Below, one piece after another: positions 54,886 to 64,000 of a stretch of 64,000 nucleotides of DNA. The position numbers were made by a program, and so were the translations under genes. Numbering within the stretch: position 1 is the first letter of the stretch; each line of letters opens with the position of its first letter. Origin of the DNA: the human T2T-CHM13v2.0 reference genome, Homo sapiens; assembly GCF_009914755.1 (NCBI RefSeq), contig NC_060929.1, one strand, 5' to 3'. Under the pieces are notes generated by a model that ran no database searches, had not been told where the DNA came from, and saw nothing but the letters and a program-made list of their open reading frames with translations.

Positions 54886-57459
54886 AAGAATAAACTACAT
54901 TTTCTCTCCTATGCAATCTGCGTCTTTTGTTTCGTTTTTGGGGTTTTTTGTTTGTTTGTTTTGCCCATTTGTGCTAACGTAAGACAACACTGTGAAAAAA
55001 TATATTCACAAAAGACTTGCATTAGCTCTTATTCAGAAAGCTGAATAGAGCCAATTTCTAGGGCAGAGCTGCTTCCTCTTATAGAAAACTCAACTCAATC
55101 TTATTTTAATTTTTAAAGAGTGGTCCTACTGGGCAGTAGCGTATTGAACCACCATTGTGTGTGTGAATTTCATGCCTTCAAAGTTGCACACTAGAGAGTC
55201 TTCTGGAGTGAAGTTTGTTTATTTGCAGCTCAAGTACTGCCAGGACAGCACTAACAACATCCCCACAGGGTCCTCCAAATACTTGCGCCCCATTTCCCCT
55301 ATGCCCGACCCCCATAGAGAAGGAAGAGAGTAAACTCCTTGGGCATTGTCCTAATTCTCTAAATTCAACATCCCATTTGGAATGCAAAGCTACAAATTCC
55401 AATCCCTGGATGCCCACTCAAAAGCTTTTGAAATGCAACTTTGCTTCTCCGGATTGAGGCTTCCCTGCCTTTTATGATGGAGGTGATGGATAATGCTGAC
55501 CTACAGAAATTAATTAGTATAATTCACTCGAAGGCTTATTGCTAACATCATTATAATTCATCCCCATAGGAGTCATTTGATTATTGCCTTTCTTGCCAAT
55601 AAAAATTAAAATAGCTAGTTACTAGTTGCAGATCATTAACCCATTTCAGTCTTTGCCATTATACAGGAATGTAGTGTGGAGGACATCAGGACCCTGACCC
55701 CTATGACCCATCCTCTCTGTATAGAAAGGAATTCCGTCATATCCATGAGCCCAATACCAAGAATATACAGACCACAGAGGGAGGGCTAGCTAGATTTCCT
55801 AAAACTGCTCAGAGTTGTGGAACACTCAGGAGATACTTCCTTCACTATTTCTCTGAGTGTCTTAAGAAAAATATACAGGATTGAGCAGGAAGAATGAGTT
55901 AGCTGCCAAATCCAAAATATTCTCAGTGCCACTGCAGGTTGGTTATATGTAGCATCACATGCCCGAGCAGGTAGTTTATAAACAACTATGTTAATTAATT
56001 AGTTAATTAATTACTAATTAACTTGACTTCTAAACACACCACTGTCCAGTGGGAACAGCTTCTGATCCACCCTCGAGATCATTCTTTATACAAAGTGTAT
56101 TTCACATTCTGTTGCGAATACCCTGCAGTTTTTTCAAAGTTATGTCATAATCGCAATTCACAAAGCTATGTTTCTGTAGGCTCCATATTATTTGTACATG
56201 TGTGAAAGATCTTTGTGCCTATTGTAAATGAGGAGTCAGAAGTGTGTTTTACTGGATTAAACTGGATTTATGGATTTTACACATGCATAAATAGTGAAGG
56301 AGAAAAGCTCACTTAAAGTAGTTTTGTAAGTTGGAAAAGCATAAACCATTAATAAGTGGTTACTAGTTAATTTTTATTTTTCCTGACTCTAAAAGACCTA
56401 TTTAGATTATTGGTATTCACATTACTTTCTTCAGCCCAGTGTTTCTGGGGTCTAGACCTAATCTAGTTTCATGATAAGTTTTACCAAATCCCTTTACTTT
56501 GTTCTCCTCTAAAAGAGGTCTCTCATTGTATATACAGTCCATCTGAAGTGTATATGTCACAGCTGGATTTCATGAAGAAATTTTTACCTATGAAGTTAAT
56601 TGCACTGGCCTTTGTCCTAAAAGAAATCTAGTACGGTCACCCTCAGGGTGACTCTTGAGTTTGTGTGCAATCATCACGTGTCAATAGTATTAAATTCAAA
56701 TGAAATGATGTGAGATGAGTTGGAAAAAAATGACATTGAAGTCTGTGTCTGAGAAAACTAATCTAAGCTATTCTTCACTTCCATAAATATTTATATGTTT
56801 ATTACCCCCAGAATTTAATAACTATAGACTCTGAAAGAATTACTTTATAAAAAATAAAAAAATCAAGGACTGTCCTAGCAGAAACCGCAATAGATTGAGA
56901 CTTCTGTGAGGTATACTTCTAAAATTGCTGTTAGATTCCAATATTTTTTAAAATGGTGAGCATGATATTAGGCATACACTGACTCAAAATCATTATGTGC
57001 CAGGTCTAAAATACTTTTAAAAGAAAGTATGTGCATGCTGCAAAAATCACCATCCTTGGCACCTGAACACTAACATTCCAGCCCTAAGTCGACCATTAAA
57101 CAGATCTATGGCTATATATACTTCATCTGACAGAAAATTAGTTTTTACAAATAAAAAATAGACAGGTGAATAACAGCCTGATCTACATCTGGTGACTGGG
57201 GAAGTCTACATATTACAGTGTTCTTTCACTTTTTAAAGTAAAGTGGAAGAGCACCTTAAAACTTTTGGTATAACAGAACTGGTTCCATGTTGCTGGTTTT
57301 GCTGTGGCCAAGTATGTACATTTTTACACTCTAACATAGAAACCCTTCATCTCAACAATTATATCTGAATCCCAAAGCTATTTGTAATGGGTTTCTATTC
57401 TATTTGACCATTGGTTCTTGTATTTTTAATACTTTTTGTCAGTTCTTTCAGAGTAATAC

Positions 57460-57715
57460 AGGAGCAGTGGTAGAAAAAAGCATAGGTTTTGGGCTTAGGC
57501 AGACCTGGGTTCAAATCCCAAGTCTGCCAGTTAGAAAGTGGGTGTCACTGGGCAAGGCCATTATTTCCTTGCCCATCATTTTTCTCATCATTTGTCGAAT
57601 GAGGGTAGCATTAGTATTTATTTCATAGTGATTTATGAAGAATTTTTAAAAATTATGTACTGAAGGCACAGTGGTACAGCTCAGCTATGTTAGTGTTCAA
57701 CAAAAGCATTTATTA
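57460..57715 (+). mobile_element. MIR SINE
   Basis: ggcagacctgggttcaaatcccaagtctgcca…gtgtcactgggcaag…ttttctcatcatttgtcgaatgagggta. Confidence 0.75.
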
Positions 57716-57767
57716 TTAATAAAATAAAGCAAAAATTATGGAGATTTAGTAACTAAAGAACAAATCA

Positions 57768-58056
57768 CCTTGGCATGGTGGCTCATGCCTGTAACCCCAG
57801 CACTTTGAGAGGCTGAGGCAGGAGAATCCCTTGAGCCCAGGAGATCAAGACAGGCCTGGGAAACATGGCAAAACCTCATCTCTACAAAAAATACAAAAAG
57901 CTAGCCAGGTATGGTAGTGTGTGCCTGTAGTCCCAGCTACTTGGGAGCCTGAGGTTGGAGGATCGGCTGAGCCCAGGAGGTCAAGGCTATAGTCTCACTT
58001 GGTCACTCCAGCGTGGGTGACCAAGTGAGACCCTCTCTCAAAAAAACAGACAAACA
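57768..58056 (+). mobile_element. AluJ with rearranged 3' arm
   Basis: Dimeric Alu. TSD aaagaa(c/t)aaatca at 57755-57767 and 58057-58069. Confidence 0.92.
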
Positions 58057-58519
58057 AAAGAATAAATCAATTGCTGCATTTGTTTAAGACATGAAAAGAA
58101 CTTCTTTCTGACTGTGTAATGAATTCTACTTTCTAGTGTCAAACTAAGGCTTTTTGACTGATATTCTAAAGTTTTTGAGAACATATTGAAATGATAATTT
58201 CTAGAAAACATCTTTCTACTTAGCATAAGTAAAGTTATTTTTAGGCAACTTAACTAAAAACCAGAAGAGAAGAAATATGTTTCCCCTCACCTGGTTTGTT
58301 TTACTCGGAAAATGGTTACATGTTTCACAGATACAATGCACTAAGAGCTCAGATTTCACAGAAATTTAGTCTGTTCTGTTGCTGGAATTGCAGACAATGG
58401 GGATGTGAAATAGCTGTGTTCCTGTAATTCACTTTGCATCTCATTTAGAGAAAAATGAAAACAAATTGAAATCTCACATAAAATAGAATACGAAATAACT
58501 AGAGTGAAAATAATGTCAG

Positions 58520-58730
58520 ACAGTGAGGCTGTATTCCATTCAAGGTTAAGACTGTGGGCCTTGCAGTCAGTCAATCCTATCTGAGTGACCTTGGAATTTT
58601 CTGCACTACACTTTTTCCTCATCTGTAAAATGGGGTAATAAGGGATATGTACCTTATAACACTGTTATAGGAATTGAATGAGACAATACGTGAACTGTGC
58701 ATGAAGCGTTGCCTGATGTTTCTGTAATCA
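58520..58730 (+). mobile_element. MIR SINE
   Basis: ggttaagactgtgggcc…gtgaccttgg…tttttcctcatctgtaaaatggggtaataa. Confidence 0.8.
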
Positions 58731-58787
58731 GGGTAATCATGGCTCTATTCAGACTGAATGCTTTTATTTAGAAGGGAGTTGGTTGTC

Positions 58788-59081
58788 GGCTGGGTGTGGT
58801 GGCTAATGCCTGTAATCCCAGCACTTTGGGAGGCCAAGGCAGGAGGATCATTTGAGGCCAGGAGTTCAAGACCAGCCTGACCAACATGACAAAACCCTGT
58901 CTTTACCAAAAATTCAAAAATTAGCCAGATGTGGTGGCACACGCCTGTACTCCCAGCTACTCAGGAGGCTAAGGGAGGAGAATCGCTTGAATCTGGGAGA
59001 TGGAGGTTGCAGTGAGTCAAGATTGTGCCACTGCACTGAAGCCTGGGCAATAGAGCAAGACTCCATCTCAAAAATAAAAAA
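58788..59081 (+). mobile_element. AluS (Sz/Sx-like)
   Basis: ttgaggccaggagttcaagaccagcctgaccaacatg…ggagaatcgcttgaa…ggaggttgcagtgag. Confidence 0.93.
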
Positions 59082-59137
59082 GGGGGTTGGGGGGAGTCAG
59101 TTGCCAGAGAGTCCCCAAGGGTCCTCAGGACTCTAAT

Positions 59138-59667
59138 TGTGTTCATTATCCATTGCCGAATGACAGACTACTCCAAAATTTAATGGCTTAAGTTAATAAT
59201 CATTTATCACCGCACAGTTTCTGTGGGTCATGAATTCAGGAAAAATTCAGCGGGGTGGTTCTAACTTGGGATTTTTCACGAGGCTGTCATTAACATGGCA
59301 GCCAGGATGGCAGTTATCCTGATCCCCGAAGAGCTGGAAGATCTGTTTCCAAGACGACTTACCTGAGCTAGCAAGTTAGAGCCCATCCTTGGCAGGAGGC
59401 CTCAGTTCCTTGACACATAAACATTTCTATAGGATGCTTGTGTGTCAGCTTCCCTCACAGCAACTGATCCAAGAGAAATCAAACAAAAGTGGCCATGTTT
59501 TCTGTCACTTATTCTCCCAAATCACACATACATCATCATTTCTGCCATTTTCTATTGGTCGGTAGAACAACCTGGTTCTGTACAAAAGCCCTGTGGGAGC
59601 TCCACTCAGCAGCAGGAGCACCAGGAGGCAAGCCCAGTGGGGGCCATCATGGAGGCTGGCTCCCACA
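59138..59667 (-). mobile_element. MLT1F-like MaLR solo LTR
   Basis: tactccaaaatttaatggcttaa…cacagtttctgtgggtcatgaattcagg…ggggccatcatggaggctggctcccaca. Confidence 0.82.
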
Positions 59668-60364
59668 CTCCTACCTTCCTGGAATTGAACCCAAATTTCT
59701 CTTTTTGAGAAGTTTGCAGCTCCTTCTGATAAAAGATAGAATAAATTACCTTGAATTTTCTAACATGGAAACATAGTGTTTCCTCAATATTATTGTACCA
59801 GGTATTATAAACACCAGGCTTGTGTTTAGGAAGACGTGTTGTATGAAAAACACATATCTTGAAAAGTATTACAATCTTTTAAAGTAGCGAGCTGCTCACT
59901 GCAGGAGGTCCTAGGTAACAGTTTTCATCACTCCCATCTCCGACTCTTCCCGAAAGAGTCATTCATAGAATGGAATGGCAGGAGTCATGGTTCACTGAAT
60001 TTTAAATGTTTTCCTCACTCTGTTCATTCGTAATCCCCATCCCTATCTGTTTAAATCTGTATATGATGCTGAAGGGTCAGAAAGAATAAAGGTAGGACCC
60101 ATGCTTAAGATGGAATTCATTCTTAAAGGCCAACCCATTAGCAGAATATAGACTTTTGCCCATATATTTCCATCACTCCTCTACTGATAAAATATAGGAA
60201 GAAAACAGCTAGACATCAGCTTGATCATAACCTCTTTGAAGCTTCCAGATGCAAAAAGAGGAGCCAGGGAATTACTGGACAAAGGCAGCTGGGGGATTCA
60301 GACATCCAAGGCAACACAAAGAAAGTATTTAACATAACTTTTTTAAAAAATCAATTTTGTTGAC

Positions 60365-60659
60365 TTTTTTTTTTTTTGAGACAGAGTCTCATTGTATCTC
60401 ACAGGCTGCAGTGCGGTGGTGCTCTGGCTCGGCTCACTGTAACCTCCATCTCTTGGGTTCAACTGATACTCATGCTTCAACCTCCCAAGTAGCTGGGATC
60501 ACGGGCACCCGCCACCACACCCGGCTAATTTTTGTACTTTATTAGAGACAGGATTTTGCCATTTGGCCGGCCTGTTCTTGAGCTCCTGATCTCAGGTCAT
60601 CTGCCCACCTTGGCCTCCCAAAGTGATGGGATTACAGGTGTGAGCCACTGCACCCAGCT
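60365..60659 (-). mobile_element. AluS
   Basis: Poly(T) gagacagagtctc…ctcctgatctcaggtcatctgcccaccttggcctcccaaagtg…gagccactgcacccagc. Confidence 0.92.
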
Positions 60660-60730
60660 TGATATAATAAGCCCAGATATAATAAGCCTCATTCATTTTA
60701 AGTATACAATTGGACAAATTTTATCAAATA

Positions 60731-60731
<1 letters not shown>

Positions 60732-60775
<44 letters not shown>
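60732..60775. repeat. (TG)22 perfect microsatellite
   Basis: Counted directly from the sequence. Confidence 0.97.
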
Positions 60776-60778
<3 letters not shown>

Positions 60779-60848
60779 ATATCCAGGTCTACCAGAACAG
60801 TCAAGGTCCAGAATATTTCCTTCACTCTCAGGAAGTTCCCTTGGCCTT

Positions 60849-61150
60849 GACCAGGTGTCGTGGGTCACGCCTGTAATTCCATCACTTGGGGAAGCCAAGG
60901 TGGGTGGATCACTTGAGCCCAGGAGACCAGCCTAGGCAACATGGTAAAATCCTGTCTCTACAAAAAATACAAAAAAAAAAAAATTACTTGAGTATGGTGG
61001 CGTGTGCCCGTGGTCCCAGCTACTTGGGAAGCTGAGGTGAGAGGATCACTTGAGCCCAGGAAGACAAGGCTGCAGTGAGCCAAGATCATGCCACTGCACT
61101 TCAGCTTAAGTGACACAGCAAGACTCTGTCTCAAAAAAAGACAAGAAAAG
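60849..61150 (+). mobile_element. AluJ
   Basis: gaccaggtgtcgtgggtcacgcctgtaat…cacttgagcccagg…caaggctgcagtgagccaagatc. Confidence 0.92.
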
Positions 61151-62419
61151 AAATTTCCCTCAAGCCCAGGGCAGTCCATACCCCCTCTGTTTCCACAACT
61201 AGACAACCACTGATCTGCTTTCTGTTGCTATCCATTACTCTGCATTTTCTAGAATTTCACATAAATGCAGTCATTAGTGTTTGGCTTCTTTTGCTTAGCA
61301 TAATGCATTTATATTTCATTCGTGTGGTTTTATCAATGGTTCATTATGTTTCATTTCCTGAGTAGTATTCTATCATATGAGTGTACCAAAATCTTTTAAT
61401 CTGTTTACCTGTTTTTTCCAGTTTTGGGGCAGTAAAGCCTCTATGAATATTTGTGTTGAGGGACATATGTTTCCATTTCTCTTAACTAAATACCCGTGAA
61501 AGGAATAGCTAGGTCATATGGTATGTGTTTGTTCACCACTTAAAACACTGCCAAGCAGATTTCGAAAATGGTTCTACTGTTTCACATTCTACCCAGAAGT
61601 CTATGAAGATTCCACATCCAATGTAACTTTTTAATTTAGGTTTCTGGTGAACTACAGTAGATTCTGTCAGTATTCAGCCAAGAAAGGGGACTGTGAGGTA
61701 AGAATAAGGCCACTATTAAAAATAATAAAAGTGACAAGAAACACGAACTTTATTTCTTGGGCTTTGTGGGCTGCTGAGCTCTCCCAAGGTGTCTGTACAG
61801 CTGCATGTGCTGCATGTAATGCAATAGCAGCAAAGATATGTCAAGCACCAAAGATGAAATCCACTGCATAGACAAGGTCTCTCTTCTCATGAACTTTCAG
61901 TAAAGGAAATTCCATTTGGAATGGAATGGCTGGTACAAATAGCTAAACTAAATTAAACTGAGCTAAACCAAATCCTGTCCCTCCTTTGTATGTTTGTGGA
62001 GTTTTGTTTTCCATTGAGCTTCTGCATTCCATGACTCTCTAGGATAGCCTTCTATGGGAAATTAATTAAACAGCATCGTTTACAATGCCTTGCCATCCTT
62101 GTCTGTACTTGAAATGCACTAAAGGAACACTAGGCATCCATTCATTCTAGCTCTTACTCATCTACAAGTTACACCCATGGCATTAGCTTTAGCAGAAGAA
62201 GTGATAATGTCTCCAGAACATTGAAAGCAATATAAAATAGACTCTTGCCCTAGTCCTATCACAAGAGCTTGAAAACACTTCCAAACAAGTCCATTTGAGC
62301 CTGATAATTTTCCTAGGACAGTTGTAAGCAGGAAGAGCACTGGCCAGAGGACGTTGAGTAAATCACTTCATTTCTTTATTAAATGTGAGTAATCATAGTG
62401 TAAGCCCTGTCACGAAGTA

Positions 62420-62640
62420 AGAAGGGCACCAGGTTTGGACTGAGGCAAATCCATGTCAAAGTTTCAGCTCCACTCTACTGATGGCATCACCTTGGCCAAG
62501 TCACTTAACTTTTCTTGGCCTTTGTTTTCTCACTTACCAAAAAGCAACGGTGAGGTTTACCTTGCAAAGTAGCTGTGAAAATGAGGGAAAATATACATAA
62601 ACCAGCCAATTGCAAGCACATAGCAACTCGATAAAATGTA
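62420..62640 (+). mobile_element. MIR SINE
   Basis: cagctccactctactgatggcatcaccttggccaagtcacttaacttttcttggcctttgttttctcac. Confidence 0.7.
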
Positions 62641-62859
62641 AGTAGGTTTGCTCACAGGGTTTTTCTAAAAATGAAATGAGAGTTCAAAAATGCCATGGTA
62701 CCCTATCTCCAAAGAGTGCATTTTTGTGAATAACTGGGAGTTGGGCTCTGAATATATCACCAAAAATTATTTGTAGATAAGTCTGCCAGAAGGTATATGT
62801 AATCTTGGGACAGTCATGTAAAGAAATGATATTTTCTTGTGGACTTTTAGAAAGTACCC

Positions 62860-63380
62860 CTGACTGTCTTACTTTTCTGTCCAAAGCCGTCACAGGCCTC
62901 CAGTTACATTTTGAATAAGATTCAAAGCCCAGAATTCAGTCTCCCAGATCTACCAGATTCAGCCCTGACATGTTCACTGTGCTCTGTCTAGTCCAATGGA
63001 CTCTCTTGTTCCTAAAACATTCCGAGCCACCAGACCTCAGAGCCTTTGCATATTCTGTTTCCTCTTCAAGAGCAAACTCCACCCCCAGATATCCATGATT
63101 CTCTTCACTCCAACCCTGCTCGAATGCATCCCTCAACATTGGTCTTTCCTGACCCCTATCCAAGACAGCACCCTCACTCATTCCTCTCTGTCCTCTTATC
63201 TACTTCATTTTTCCTCATAGCTTTTCTCACTACCTAACTTTAAGTTATATATTAATTAATTAACATGTAACTTTTATGTAAGTCCCACGAGAGCAGTGAC
63301 TTTATTCATTTATGAATCTCCAGAACAATGCCTAGGACATAGTAGGTCTGTGTGACATTTGTGATGATTTACTTTGAAAT
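62860..63380 (+). mobile_element. L2 (3' region)
   Basis: cctcagagcctttgcatattctgtttcctct…atgtaagtcccacgagagcagtgactt…gaacaatgcctaggacatagtagg. Confidence 0.75.
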
Positions 63381-63756
63381 AATTTAGTGTGAGTAGCATG
63401 ATATGATGAATGTGGGAATAAGATAATCCTCAAAAGGATTAATACCTGAGGGCTACTTTATTATCATAAGAAGTGTTAGAAATACATTGGGATTGGTATA
63501 ACGTATGATGTTTGAGACATGCGACTGGCTGGGAGTGACGTGCAAGGACTCAGTGCTCTTAAATGACTTGGATAAATCAACTACCCCTCTCCATTGCTGC
63601 ACTAGAGAGCCAAGCTTGCCTCTTCCCACCCTTTCCCATAGAGGATCCATTGGCTTGTCAGGAGAAAAGACTGCAAACACTGCTGGAAGAAGCTACTGTT
63701 TGCTTCCTACTGGGCCTTTTTCATGCAAGAGTCTGCTCAATGTGCCTAAAGTGGGG

Positions 63757-63785
63757 GAGAGAGAGAGAGAAAGAGAAAGAGAGGA
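63757..63785. repeat. (GA)n microsatellite
   Basis: gagagagagagagaaagagaaagagagga. Confidence 0.8.
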
Positions 63786-64000
63786 GTTCAGAGCTGCACA
63801 CTGGGCCTGCTGGCTCATAAATGTCTGTAAGATTGATGAACCCTGCTCAGGGATGCACCTTCATTGCAAGACACCACCTCATAAGCGAGCCTGCAGGCTG
63901 GTCATGTGCAAACCTTGTTGGCTTCCATCCTCTGGAGGCTAAGGAGTTTCCTCAGGAGAACCTGACATTCACAATGTTTATACACATCAAGCAAATCAAA

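Larger units (their letters stand above)
60340..61620 (-). mobile_element. Old L1 3' end (L1MB/L1ME-like), interrupted by two Alus and (TG)n
   Basis: cattttaagtatacaatt…agacaaccactgatctgctttctgttgctat…ttttctagaatttcacataaatg…ggaatagctaggtcatatggta. Confidence 0.8.

Noticed and set aside
56636-56652. Palindrome GTCACCCT-C-AGGGTGAC
   Set aside because: Same chance expectation, and no supporting context.
63505-63942. 145-aa ORF with an ER repeat
   Set aside because: The ERERE run comes from a (GA)n microsatellite and there are no other protein features.

Overview
Primate (human/ape-like) genomic DNA with no recognisable host protein-coding exon, so it is intergenic or deep intronic. Identifications come from recalled repeat consensus sequences and in-window comparison, not database searches, and subfamily labels are approximate. 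About 6.4-23.6 kb is a three-level, same-orientation LINE-1 nest: a full-length L1PA5/6-like element sits inside a full-length L1MA6/7-like element, which sits inside a truncated L1MA9/10-like element, with further MaLR LTR and Alu insertions. The rest is a mosaic of AluJ/S, MIR, L2, CR1/L3, ERV1/ERVL/MaLR solo LTRs and MER5A/MER44A DNA-transposon relics, broken by TE-poor stretches dense in developmental TF motifs (candidate enhancers). The most notable observations are an intact, extended antisense ORF0 in the otherwise dead L1PA, a TSD-flanked ~1.9 kb L1M with both ends but two large internal deletions, an AluJ rewritten into a perfect 15-bp hairpin (template-switch signature), and a templated insertion copying an L1's own 5' end. 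I found no convincing evidence of a new multi-gene system.
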